Below the pieces are notes generated by a model that was given only the letters and a program-made list of their open reading frames with translations, searched no databases and was not told the origin of the DNA. Of a stretch of DNA of 37,263 nucleotides, positions 1-9,217 are shown piece after piece. The stretch's first letter is position 1; each line of letters starts with the position of its first letter. The position numbers and the translations under genes are program-made. Origin of the DNA: Candidatus Eiseniibacteriota bacterium (GTDB lineage: Bacteria > Eisenbacteria > RBG-16-71-46 > SZUA-252); the NCBI GenBank assembly GCA_041484545.1, contig JBGPHU010000003.1:1-37263 (forward strand). The letters run 5' to 3'.

Positions 1-978
1 CGTGCGGATCTCATGGCTCACGTTCGCCACGAAATCGCTCTTGGCGCGATTCGCCGCCTCGGCGGCGTTCTTGGCGCGCTGGAGCTCGATCTCGGCGTGC
101 TTCCGCTCGCTCGTGTCCCAGACGATCGCGGAAGCCCCGGTGACTCCCGCGGTGGCGCTCTTGATCGGAGAGAGCGTCACAGAAATATGGACGCGCTCAC
201 CGTTCTTGCGCAAACCGAGCAACTCGCGGTTCGCGACCCCGGTCCCGTCCCGGACATGGCTCAACAGCTCGGCCGAGTCCCGGGAGCGCTCGGGCGGAAA
301 GAGGGCGTCGAATGGTTTGCCGATGGCTTCGTCCGGCGCGTAGCCGAAGAGGCGCACGGCCGCCGAGTTCCAACTCTCGATGCGCCCTGCCGGGTCGAGG
401 CCGATGATGGCGTTCCCACAGGTCTCCACGATCGAGGCCATGTGGTGGAGCGCCACCTGGTTCTTGTTTCGCTCGCTCACGTCGCGGTAACTGACCGCGA
501 TCCCGCGAACGCCGGGATGGTCGAACCGATTGACGCCCACGCCCTCCAGCTCACGCCAACTCCCGTCCTTGTGCAACGCTCGGTATTCCGCCCGGATCGG
601 CGTGCCGGGGCTGGCCAGACATTCGGCGAAGAGCAATCGCGTCCGCTCCATGTCGTCGGGATGGATGAGGTCGAAGGCGTCCCGGCCCACCAGCTCCTCG
701 GCCGTATAGCCGAGCACCCTCGCCGTCGTCTGACTGGCGTAGACGAAGGTCCCCTGTTCGTTCAGCACGGCCATCGCGTCGGAAGCGAATTCGACCAGGG
801 CGCGGAAATGCTCCTCGCTCGCGGCCAGCCGATCCCAGGCGCTGCGAAGCTCGGCCGGGCTCAGACCCGAATTGAATCGCTGAGATGTCGCCCGTGACCG
901 CGCCGGTTGGTCCGGGCGCGCGCCGCCCGCGCGCGTTCCGCGCGTCCGGGCTGCCGATGTCCGATTTGGCGTGGCCAT
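1..978 (-). CDS. PAS-PAS sensor histidine kinase (probably hybrid), N-terminal part; runs off the left edge
   Basis: Not in the ORF track. Manual minus-strand translation from ATG at 978 (GGGAG RBS upstream) gives two PAS domains (..LGYTAEELVGRDAFDLIHPDD..; ..WNSAAVRLFGYAPDEAIGKP..) and ends in the HisKA H-box AKNAAEAANRAKSDFVANVSHEIRT. Confidence 0.93.
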   Translation of the reverse strand, partial: MATPNRTSAARTRGTRAGGARPDQPARSRATSQRFNSGLSPAELRSAWDRLAASEEHFRALVEFASDAMAVLNEQGTFVYASQTTARVLGYTAEELVGRDAFDLIHPDDMERTRLLFAECLASPGTPIRAEYRALHKDGSWRELEGVGVNRFDHPGVRGIAVSYRDVSERNKNQVALHHMASIVETCGNAIIGLDPAGRIESWNSAAVRLFGYAPDEAIGKPFDALFPPERSRDSAELLSHVRDGTGVANRELLGLRKNGERVHISVTLSPIKSATAGVTGASAIVWDTSERKHAEIELQRAKNAAEAANRAKSDFVANVSHEIRT

Positions 979-1359
979 GCGTCTACTCCCGCTAAAGTGA
1001 GGGCCTGCGTTGAATCGCTGCGGTGGGGGCATAGGTCGTTGCTCCGGGGCGACTCGATGGGCCTTCGAAAAACCTATCGGCAGGCGGGGAGGACTGATTG
1101 ACGGGAAACTGCTGCAACTCGCGATACTCGGAATTGCGGAACACAATGCGGCGACTGTGTAGTTCTACCTAGCCCCGCGGCCTTATCGCTTCAGCGCGAT
1201 TCGCTTCTTGGAACGGACGCTGGACCCGCGAGGATCAACCAAACGCAGTTCCACCCGGGGGTTCGAAGGTGGTGGTCCTTCCTACTGAGAAGGCATTGAT
1301 TTCGCGGGAAACAGAGGTTGCCTCTTTACGCGCCGGCTTGGTGGCGCTAGCATGTCTTC

Positions 1360-2142
1360 ATGGGGTCCACTGTCGCAACGCGCGCTGGCTCGAGAGGTTC
1401 CGTCCACCGGAGCGCCATCAGGATCGTCGTGGCCGACGACCAGTCCATGGACCGGGGCGCCCTCATCGCTCTCCTCAAGACGCAACCGGACTTCGTGATC
1501 GTGGGCGAAGCCGCGAACGGCCAGGAGGCGGCCAGCCGGTGCAAGCGGCTCCGGCCGGACGTGGTCATCATGTCACTCCAGATTCCCACTCTGAACGGAG
1601 CGTCCGCCATATCCACGGTCTGCGCGGCGTACCCTCCCGCTCGTGTCATCGCGCTCGCGGAGCGCGGGGTGGGTTACTGCCAGGTTTTGAATCCTCCGAG
1701 GAAATCCCGGCTGGGGCTCCAGATGTCCCAGCAAACCTCGGGCACGCAGACCGATTGTCTGCAGATTGCGGTTTCCGAGGGAGCGCTCGGAGCGCTCAGG
1801 CGCGATACGGAGCCGGAGCAGCTCTTCCGCGCGGTGCGCGCGGTGGCGCAGGGGAACGCCTGGTACGAGCCCGGCACAGCTTCCGCGATTTCGACCAGGG
1901 CGCGCGGGGCCGGGTCGACGAACGGAGCGCGCCCTCTGTCGTCCAGGGAGCTGGACGTTGCAGGCCTCATCGCGGACGGCCATTCCAACAAGGAAATCGG
2001 CCGGGCGCTCGGAATCAGCGAGCCGACCGTCAAGAAGCACGTCGGTCACGTTCTCGTAAAGCTTGGGCTTCAGGACAGGCTCCAAATCGGTATCTACATC
2101 GTGCGCAATCCGCTCCTCTTCCAGGACAGGCGCGAGCGCTAG
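1360..2142 (+). CDS. NarL/LuxR-family response regulator with an atypical (pseudo-)receiver domain
   Basis: REC-like IRIVVADD...GEAANG...RPDVVIMSL plus LuxR HTH LSSRELDVAGLIADGHSNKEIGRALGISEPTVKKHV. The phosphoacceptor position is Ser. Start codon uncertain. Confidence 0.88.
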   Translation: MGSTVATRAGSRGSVHRSAIRIVVADDQSMDRGALIALLKTQPDFVIVGEAANGQEAASRCKRLRPDVVIMSLQIPTLNGASAISTVCAAYPPARVIALAERGVGYCQVLNPPRKSRLGLQMSQQTSGTQTDCLQIAVSEGALGALRRDTEPEQLFRAVRAVAQGNAWYEPGTASAISTRARGAGSTNGARPLSSRELDVAGLIADGHSNKEIGRALGISEPTVKKHVGHVLVKLGLQDRLQIGIYIVRNPLLFQDRRER

Positions 2143-2202
2143 GCCTCCTGCGGAGAACTTAGCGGCGCCCCGGCCGGTCTTCTCCCGCCGGTCTTCCCCC
2201 GG

Positions 2203-5200
2203 TCACAACCGTTCCACCCGCTCCACCGTGAGCGCGCAGACCCCGAAGTCCTCCTCCACGCGTCCGGTGAGGAGGAACGGGCGGTGCGGGGCGAGCAGAT
2301 GACAGAAGCGCTCGTAGGCGTTGGGGAAAAACGTGGCGTCGTAGAGCGCGGTCGTGTCCTCGAATCCGACAAATTCCATGAGCCGCTCGTTCTTATCGTG
2401 GACCAGTTTCGACGTGACGTGCCAGCCCAGGACTGAGACGCGCGCTCCCACGTGGCGATCGAGATCCTTTGCCGCGATCACGCCGCGCCCGCGCACGGCG
2501 CGCTCGTGGAGCGAAAGCGGGTGCGCGCTTAACAAGAATCCCAGGGTCTCCACCTCGTGCCGCAGCATCGTCTCGCGATCGTAGGCCTTCGCGCGTGGCG
2601 TCGCGATGGGCTGCGGCGCGAAGAGATCGAGCGTTCCGGCCGCGCGCGGAGCCGCCATGCCGAGATGAAGCTGCCACAGGAGCTCGGCGCGCGTCCGCCC
2701 CCGCGCGATGGAATCGCACGCGCCCGCCTTCACCAGGAGCGCCGCGTCGGACGGATGGAGCGCCACCCGGCGCCTCAGATCCGCGAAGCAGGCGAACGGC
2801 CCGCCCCGCGCGCGCTCCCCCACGAGCGCTTTGGCTGCGTCCTCGTGGAGGCCCTTGAGCTGCATCAGCCCGACGCGCACCTCCCGGCCTTCGCCCGTGT
2901 ACTCCCGCGCGCTCGCGTTCACGTCGGGCGGCAGCACGGCGAGGCCCATGCGCCTCGATTCGGAGACGTACGCGAACGTGTCGTAATAGCCCCCCTGGTT
3001 CGAGATCACGGCGGCCATGAACTCGGCCGGGTGGTGGGCGCGGAGCCAGCCCGAGCGGAAGGAGACCAGCGCGTAGGAGGCGCTGTGCGGCTTGCAGAAG
3101 GAGTAACCCGCGAACGAGAGGATCATGAGCCAGACCTTGTCGATCACGTCGCGCGTGACGCCCCGCGCCGCAGCCCCCGCATGGAACGCTCCCATGTATT
3201 CGCGAAGCAGCTTCATGGACCGCTTCTGCCCGAGCGCCTTCCGCATGCCCTCGGCCTGCGCGAGCGAGAGACCGGCCAGCTCCATGGCCACCTTCGTGAT
3301 GTCCTCCTGGTAGCACATGATCCCGTAGGTCTCGTCCAGCGTGTGGTGGAGCGCGGGGTGGAGCGGATCGTAGGCGCCTCCCCGGAGCCGCCTCACGTAT
3401 TCGCGGATGTAGGAGTTCGCGGCCGGGCGGATCATCGAGGAATGGATAACCAGGTGATCGAAGTCTCCTTTCCCGGCCTTTCGCTGGAGCTGCCGCATGG
3501 AGGGCGATTCCGCGTAGAAGACCCCGATCGTGTCGCCCCGGGCCATCAGCCGCCTCGTCGCCGGGTCGTCGATCGGGTTCCACGCGCGCTCGTCGATCTC
3601 TACTCCCGTGTTCCGCTTCACCGCCTGGATCGCGTCCCGGATCACCGCGAGCGAGCGGTTCCCGAGGAGATCCATCTTCACGAGGCCGAACTCCTCGACC
3701 TGGTCCTTCTCCCACTGGACGATGGGCACGCCCTTCGGCGCCATCTCCACGGGCACGTGGTCGGAGAGATCGTGGGGCACGAGCACGATGCCGCCGCTGT
3801 GCACGGCCAGATGGCGCGGGTGCCCTTCCAGCGCCTCGGCCTGCGCCAAGATCTCGGGCCACGGAGGCTCGAGGTCCACGTCGCGGAAACGGGGGCGCGC
3901 GCCCATGCCCTCGACAGGATCCTCGGAGCCCCAGTGCCCCTGCAACCGCCTCGTGACGTTCCGGATCTCGTCCTCGGGAAGGCCGTACACCTTCGCGATC
4001 TCGTGGATCGCGGCCCGGGCGCGAAATCCCACGTGGTTCGCCACCATCGCGGCGCGCACGGGGGCGCCGTTCTCCGCGAGCACGTCGAGCTGGATCTGGT
4101 CGCGCTCGTCCCAGGCGAAATCCACGTCGATGTCGGGCGGGTCCTTCCGTTCGGGCGAGAGGAATCGCTCGAAGAAGAGGTTGTGCCGCACGGGATCGAC
4201 GTGAGTGATGCCGAGGAGATAGGCCACGATGCTCGCGGCGCCCGATCCGCGCCCGCAGATCCGCGGCGTGCGCGAGGTGATCGCCTCGACGATCAAGAAG
4301 TAATCCGCGAAACCCTTGTCGCGGATGACGGCCAGCTCGCGCGTGAGCCGTAGGCGGACCTCGGGATCGGGGTCGCGGCCGTAGCGGTGGAGGATCCCCG
4401 CCTCGCAGCGGGCGCGCAGGATCTCGAAGGCGTCGCCGCGCTCCAGGGGGTAGGACGGAAAGATCGTGCGGCCCATCGGCCAGTCGATCGCGCATTCCTC
4501 CGCGAGCCGCGCGGCGTTCTCCAGGGCTTCGGGCGCGTGCGGGAACCGGGCTTCCATCTCCTCGGCGCTCAGGAAAGCGCGCTCGGGCTCCGCCAGGTCC
4601 TCGCGCGGCACGCGATCGAGCGTCGTGTTCCGCGCGATGGCGCGCAGCGTGTGATGGATGCGATGCCGCGCGCGATGGACGAAGTGGACGTCGTTGGTGG
4701 CGACGGGTGCTATGCCTTCCTGCCGCGCCCAGTGAAGAAGCGGGCGATCGCCACGCCCGGGAACCAGCTCGGCGTAGACGGGGAGGGTCCCGCGCAGAGC
4801 CGAGAGCAGCGGGCGCTGCTCGCTCAGGAGCACGAGCGAGGCGGCGTTCTCGCGCACGGCGCGCTCGAGAGAGAACGTGGGGTCCAAGTGGCGCGCGGTG
4901 ACGACGTGGCAGAGCGAGCTGTAGCCCTCGCGCCCGCGGGCCAGAAGCACGGCCCTGGCGGGAGCTGGCGCGCGGGCGGCCGGCGCGCCGCCCGCCTCCA
5001 CGACCGCCGCGCCGGCGATCGGCGTGAGCCCCCACTCCTCGCAGATCTGCCGGTAGAACACGAATCCATAGAGCGCGTTCGTGTCGGTCAGCGCGAAACG
5101 GTCCATCTTCCGCTCGCGCGCCGCGTCGGCCAGCGCCTCGACCGGCTCCGTCCCCCGCATGAGCGAGTAGTGGCTATGGACGTGAAGATGCGCGAACGCT

Positions 5201-5208
5201 GAGGCCAT
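2203..5208 (-). CDS. dnaE2: Error-prone DNA polymerase III alpha subunit (DnaE2/ImuC)
   Basis: Start trimmed to MASAFAHLHVHSHYS (PHP domain). Has GRGSGAAS, PPDIDVDF and KMDLLG catalytic motifs, YSFCKPH and a C-terminal OB fold. About 1001 aa, no tau-binding tail, lies downstream of lexA and imuB. Confidence 0.92.
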   Translation of the reverse strand: MASAFAHLHVHSHYSLMRGTEPVEALADAARERKMDRFALTDTNALYGFVFYRQICEEWGLTPIAGAAVVEAGGAPAARAPAPARAVLLARGREGYSSLCHVVTARHLDPTFSLERAVRENAASLVLLSEQRPLLSALRGTLPVYAELVPGRGDRPLLHWARQEGIAPVATNDVHFVHRARHRIHHTLRAIARNTTLDRVPREDLAEPERAFLSAEEMEARFPHAPEALENAARLAEECAIDWPMGRTIFPSYPLERGDAFEILRARCEAGILHRYGRDPDPEVRLRLTRELAVIRDKGFADYFLIVEAITSRTPRICGRGSGAASIVAYLLGITHVDPVRHNLFFERFLSPERKDPPDIDVDFAWDERDQIQLDVLAENGAPVRAAMVANHVGFRARAAIHEIAKVYGLPEDEIRNVTRRLQGHWGSEDPVEGMGARPRFRDVDLEPPWPEILAQAEALEGHPRHLAVHSGGIVLVPHDLSDHVPVEMAPKGVPIVQWEKDQVEEFGLVKMDLLGNRSLAVIRDAIQAVKRNTGVEIDERAWNPIDDPATRRLMARGDTIGVFYAESPSMRQLQRKAGKGDFDHLVIHSSMIRPAANSYIREYVRRLRGGAYDPLHPALHHTLDETYGIMCYQEDITKVAMELAGLSLAQAEGMRKALGQKRSMKLLREYMGAFHAGAAARGVTRDVIDKVWLMILSFAGYSFCKPHSASYALVSFRSGWLRAHHPAEFMAAVISNQGGYYDTFAYVSESRRMGLAVLPPDVNASAREYTGEGREVRVGLMQLKGLHEDAAKALVGERARGGPFACFADLRRRVALHPSDAALLVKAGACDSIARGRTRAELLWQLHLGMAAPRAAGTLDLFAPQPIATPRAKAYDRETMLRHEVETLGFLLSAHPLSLHERAVRGRGVIAAKDLDRHVGARVSVLGWHVTSKLVHDKNERLMEFVGFEDTTALYDATFFPNAYERFCHLLAPHRPFLLTGRVEEDFGVCALTVERVERL

Positions 5209-6418
5209 GGAGCATCCAGGTGGCCGGGACGAGCGCCTCGACGCCGAAGCGCTGCCGCGCGCGTTCGATCGTGGACTCGAGCGAGGAGACGCCCCCTGCG
5301 CCCCGCCCGCCCACGTCCGCTTCGCCCGCGGACCCATCCCAGAGGGCGAGCTGCCGGCCTTCCGCGACGATCCCCCACGCGGAGAGCCGCAATCGCCTCA
5401 CGCGGACGCGCCGCTTCACCGCGCGCGCCAAGAGCGCCACGACGGCGGACCCGACCGCGGCGCTCCCCCGGAGCGGCTCGCCGAAGGTCTGCCTCGCTTG
5501 GCCCTCGCGCCCGTCCGCGTACTCGACCCCGAGCGCGATCCCGCGCGCCCCTTCCCCTCGCGCGCGGAGCCCGGCCGAGAGCTCGACGGCGAGCCGGGCG
5601 GCGTGGGCCGAGAGGGCGCGCGAGTCGTTCGTCTCGCGGGCCAGCGTCTCCTCCGCGACCACGCGCGGGCGCGCGTCGGGCGCGCGCACGGGGGTCGGGT
5701 CGACACCGCGCGACTCGCTCCAGAGCCGGGACCCCTCGCGGCCCAGCGCGCGCGTCAGGTGCGCGAGGGAGAGCGCCTGGACCTCGCGCACGGAACGGAC
5801 GTTGAGAAGATCGAGCAGCGCCGCGGTGTCCGGACGGCGCGCGGCGGGGAGCATGTCCACCGCGAGTGGCGCCAGGAAGCTGGCCTCGCTCCCCGTGGAG
5901 ACGTCGAGGAGATCGCCGTCGGGCGCCACGACGCGAGCCGCGACCCGGCTCACGAGCTTGTTCCCCGCGACCCCGAGCGTCGGATGGAGGCGGAACCACG
6001 CCTCGACGTCGCGCCCGGCGCGCACGGCGCGGTCGCGCGCCTCGCGATGGCTGCGCGCGACGCCGGTCAGGTCGAGGAAGAAGCGACCGCTTCCCGCGCC
6101 GACGCCTGCCGCGCCGCCCGGTTCCACCACCGGCGCGAACGGCGCCAGGCGCTCGAAAATGGATTCCCCGATGCCCCCGTAGAAATCACGGTCGAGCGGA
6201 AGCGCGACCAGGTCCGCACAGAGGCGCCGCGCGTGAACCAGCGGCGTCCCCGGCGTGACTCCCGCGGCGCGCGCCTCGCGCGAGACCAGGATCACGCGGG
6301 GTCGAAGGGAGCCCCCTGGGGCGAGCGCGACCGGACGCCCCGTAAGCTTCGGGCAGCGCAGCCGCTCGGCCTGGATCGGAAAGGAATCGATGGCGAGATG
6401 AAGGATGGTGCGTTCCAT
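5174..6418 (-). CDS. imuB: Y-family polymerase-like ImuB (catalytically degenerate DinB homolog)
   Basis: Y-family fold motifs (ILHLAIDSF, VSREARAAGVTPG, GVAGNKLVSRVA). Catalytic D and DE are replaced (HLAID; GSGRFFLD). QLALW clamp-binding motif. Overlaps the dnaE2 start. Confidence 0.85.
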   Translation of the reverse strand: MERTILHLAIDSFPIQAERLRCPKLTGRPVALAPGGSLRPRVILVSREARAAGVTPGTPLVHARRLCADLVALPLDRDFYGGIGESIFERLAPFAPVVEPGGAAGVGAGSGRFFLDLTGVARSHREARDRAVRAGRDVEAWFRLHPTLGVAGNKLVSRVAARVVAPDGDLLDVSTGSEASFLAPLAVDMLPAARRPDTAALLDLLNVRSVREVQALSLAHLTRALGREGSRLWSESRGVDPTPVRAPDARPRVVAEETLARETNDSRALSAHAARLAVELSAGLRARGEGARGIALGVEYADGREGQARQTFGEPLRGSAAVGSAVVALLARAVKRRVRVRRLRLSAWGIVAEGRQLALWDGSAGEADVGGRGAGGVSSLESTIERARQRFGVEALVPATWMLHGLSVRASSRP

Positions 6419-6436
6419 GGAGGCGCTCGGAGAAGT

Positions 6437-7072
6437 TCAGGAGTAACGGCGCAACAGTCCTACCAGGATTCCCCGGATCTCGACCCGCGAGGCGGGCCAC
6501 CGCTTGGGACGGAGCGCCGCGTTCGCGGGACGAAGCTCGATCCGGGGGCCGCGGCGGAAGAAACGCTTGAGCGTCGCCTCCCCGTCCACAACCGCGACCA
6601 CCGTCTGTCCGTTCTCGGCCCGAGCCGCGCGACGAACCAGGACCAAGTCCCCGTCCTGGATCCCGTCCTCGATCATCGACTCGCCGCGGACGCGCAGCGC
6701 ATAGCGCTCGCCCGGGCCGAGCATGGACGCCGGCACCTCGATCGGCTCGGGATTCTCGATCGCCTCGATGGGCCGGCCGGCGGCGATGAGTCCCAGGAGA
6801 CGCACCGTCATCGGCGCGCGCTCCGGCTCGTGCGCTCCGGCTCGCGGCGCGCGGAGGACCGGCCCCGCCAGAAGCGTCAGACTCCGCTTCGCATTGAAGG
6901 GAGCCTCGGCGAGAGCGCCGCGGCGGCGGAGCTGGAGGACGAGCTTCGCGACCGCGTTGAGGGACCGGAGCCCCAGATGGCGGCGAATCTCCTCGTAGGA
7001 TGGGGCGTAGTGGTGCCGATCGAGAAAATCGGCGATGAATTCGTAGGCGGTGTGCTGGCGCGGCGTGAGCAT
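6437..7072 (-). CDS. lexA: LexA SOS repressor
   Basis: Start trimmed to MLTPRQ. wHTH PSYEEIRRHLGLRSLNAV, Ala-Gly cleavage site IAAGRP, catalytic Ser (GESM) and Lys (ATLKRF). Confidence 0.96.
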   Translation of the reverse strand: MLTPRQHTAYEFIADFLDRHHYAPSYEEIRRHLGLRSLNAVAKLVLQLRRRGALAEAPFNAKRSLTLLAGPVLRAPRAGAHEPERAPMTVRLLGLIAAGRPIEAIENPEPIEVPASMLGPGERYALRVRGESMIEDGIQDGDLVLVRRAARAENGQTVVAVVDGEATLKRFFRRGPRIELRPANAALRPKRWPASRVEIRGILVGLLRRYS

Positions 7073-7238
7073 GATCGTGGCGATACCTCGCGGCCGCCGC
7101 TCCGAAAGAGGGGTCGGCAAGCCGCACGGGGGTTTCTTCGTGGGTGTCCCGGGACGGCGGCATGGCGCCCTGTAGCAGCCGCCCGGGACCCCGATCCGCC
7201 TGGCGGTACGCGAATGCGCGCCCTGCGAACGTGCTGCC

Positions 7239-7267
7239 ACAATAGGTGAATAAAAGGTGAAAGTCAA
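7239..7267 (-). promoter_or_regulatory. sigma70 promoter of lexA-imuB-dnaE2 with a direct-repeat operator in the spacer
   Basis: Minus strand reads TTGACT (7267-7262), then a 17-nt spacer TTCACCTTTTATTCACC, then TATTGT (7244-7239). Confidence 0.8.
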
Positions 7268-7309
7268 GTATGTATTCCGCGCGCGCGCCGTGGGTTACGA
7301 TGCGCGCCG

Positions 7310-8161
7310 ATGGAGACGACCTCGTTCACCCACTATCGGTCCTTTCGCTCTACGGCGTCGGCTGTCTGGCAATGCCTCACCATCCCCGAGCGCATGGCCG
7401 GCTGGTTCGGCACGGCGGACCTCGAGCTGGCCCACGAGGGGACCCTCAGCCTCGAGACCTGGAACGGCGATCGGTTTCGGGGACGCGTCATCGCGGCGGT
7501 CCCGACGGCGCGGCTCGAGTTCGCGTGGCGGCCGTTCGAGTTCGACCCGGAGAGCCACGTCACCTGGCGGGTCGCAGGGGATGGCCCCGGTTCGAGACTG
7601 ACGGTCACCCACGACGGCCTGCGGAGCCGGGAGGAGCGCGACCACGCGCGGCTCTTCTGGCGCGATTCGCTGGACGCCCTCGCGCGGTTCATGGACGACA
7701 AGACAACCTCTCCGGAGTGGGGCGGCACGCACCCCGTGACCATGCGCGCGCTCCTGCCGCGCACCGCCGCCGACCTGTGGCCGCTCCTCTCGACGGGCTC
7801 AGGACTCGCGAAGTGGGTGGCGACGGTGGAGCAGTTCGAAGCGCAGCAAGGGAACGCGTTCCGTTTCCGGTCGCGGAACCGAGGGCAGGACATCATCGAG
7901 CAGGGCGTCGTCCAGGAGGTCGTGCCGGAGTCGAGGCTCAGACTGTCCTGGGAGTGGGTGGGCGAATCCTGGGCCGCGCCAACCGAGCTTCTCTTCGCGC
8001 TCGAGTCCGAGGCGGGCGGGACGTCGCTCCTGATCTCGCACTCGGGGTTCGAACGGATCGCCGAGCAAGGAGGCGCCGCGGCCCGCCGCAATTACGCGGG
8101 CGCGTGGGCGGAAGTGCTCTCGGACTTGAAGCGGCTCGTGGCGCCCGTCGCCGCGAGGTAG
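7310..8161 (+). CDS. Tandem SRPBCC/AHSA1 (START-like) domain protein
   Basis: Two repeats of the AHSA1 pattern (VWQCLTIPERMAGWF...RLEFAW...LTVTHDG; LWPLLSTGSGLAKW...RLRLSW...LLISHSGF...W...L). Confidence 0.85.
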   Translation: METTSFTHYRSFRSTASAVWQCLTIPERMAGWFGTADLELAHEGTLSLETWNGDRFRGRVIAAVPTARLEFAWRPFEFDPESHVTWRVAGDGPGSRLTVTHDGLRSREERDHARLFWRDSLDALARFMDDKTTSPEWGGTHPVTMRALLPRTAADLWPLLSTGSGLAKWVATVEQFEAQQGNAFRFRSRNRGQDIIEQGVVQEVVPESRLRLSWEWVGESWAAPTELLFALESEAGGTSLLISHSGFERIAEQGGAAARRNYAGAWAEVLSDLKRLVAPVAAR

Positions 8162-8197
8162 CGGACCCGCGTCGGCCGCCGCGGCGGCAGCGGCGCG

Positions 8198-9217
8198 CTA
8201 CACCCGAAGGACGATCTTCCCCACGTTTCTCCGTTCCTCGAGCAGGCTGTGCGCGGCGCCGGCTTCCGCGAGCGGCATGACCCGCCCCGGCTCGGGATGG
8301 ATCTCTCCCGACGCGGTCATCCGGAGCAGCTCCTCCAGGATCGTGCGTGTGAGCACGGGGTCCCGCATCAGGGGCGCCAGGTTCAAGCCATAGAACCCGT
8401 GGCTCGACCGAAGCAGGCGGAGGGGATTCAGCCGCGGCGTCAAGAGCCAGAGCCCGAGCGCGCCCAAGATGCCGCGCCCCGACAGACGCGCGACGCCGCA
8501 GCTCACGAGACGGCCGCCGGGCCTAAGCGCGCGCATCCCTTCCGCGATCGAGCGCCCCCCGACCGAATCGATCACGATGTCGAAGCCGCCTTCTCTGCTG
8601 TAGAGATGCTTCGCGACGCGATCCACGTGCGCCTTCCTCGAATCCACGACGTGCTTCACGCCCTCGGCCTGGAGACGCTCGCGCTTGAAGTGCGAGCTTG
8701 CGGCGCCGACCACCTCCAGCCCCGCGCGGCGCGCGAGGTCGATCACCGCGAGCCCGACGCCGCCCGCGGCCGCGTGGAGGAACACCCGCATGCCCGGCTC
8801 GACGGGCCCGGTGCGGTAGAGCGCGACGTACGCCGTGCCGTAATTGAGCGGAAGCACCACCGCGGACTGAGAGCCCAGCGAATCGGGGATGGCGAGCACG
8901 TTTGCCGCGGGCGCCGATACGCGCTCGGCATAGCCGCCGGAGGGATGGAACGCGAGCACGCGCTGGCCGATCCTGAACCCGTTCACGCCCGCGCCCAGCG
9001 CCAGGACTTCGCCGCTCGATTCGAACCCGAGGATGAAGGGGCCCTTGGGCGCGTCGGGATAGAGACCCTGGCGCGCGAGCACGTCGGCGAAGTTCACGCC
9101 GGCGGCCCTGTTTTGCAGCAATACCTCGCCCGGCCGGGGCACCGGATCGGGCGCGTCCTCGACCCGCAGACTCCGTGGGGGCCCGGGACGACGGAGCAGA
9201 ACGGCGCGCATGGTCAT
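8198..9217 (-). CDS. MDR-family NAD(P)H oxidoreductase (quinone reductase / VAT-1-like)
   Basis: Start trimmed to ATG 9217, which overlaps the arsC stop. GVNFADVLARQGLY, GFESSG, HAAAGGVG and RRNVGKIVL motifs; no Zn ligands. Confidence 0.88.
   Translation of the reverse strand: MTMRAVLLRRPGPPRSLRVEDAPDPVPRPGEVLLQNRAAGVNFADVLARQGLYPDAPKGPFILGFESSGEVLALGAGVNGFRIGQRVLAFHPSGGYAERVSAPAANVLAIPDSLGSQSAVVLPLNYGTAYVALYRTGPVEPGMRVFLHAAAGGVGLAVIDLARRAGLEVVGAASSHFKRERLQAEGVKHVVDSRKAHVDRVAKHLYSREGGFDIVIDSVGGRSIAEGMRALRPGGRLVSCGVARLSGRGILGALGLWLLTPRLNPLRLLRSSHGFYGLNLAPLMRDPVLTRTILEELLRMTASGEIHPEPGRVMPLAEAGAAHSLLEERRNVGKIVLRV

Noticed and set aside
2-897. Plus-strand ORFs 2..343 and 13..897
   Set aside because: They are antisense shadows of the minus-strand PAS histidine kinase.
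872-1020. 11-mer TTGAATCGCTG at 872-882 and 1010-1020
   Set aside because: Only two copies, one inside the kinase CDS; compatible with chance.
2393-7249. Long alternative-frame ORFs (880, 598 and 680 aa) over dnaE2, imuB and lexA, and similar ones over the hem, mla and gltA genes
   Set aside because: Arg/Pro/Gly-rich or antisense-register translations with no motifs, as expected from stop-codon scarcity in high-GC DNA.
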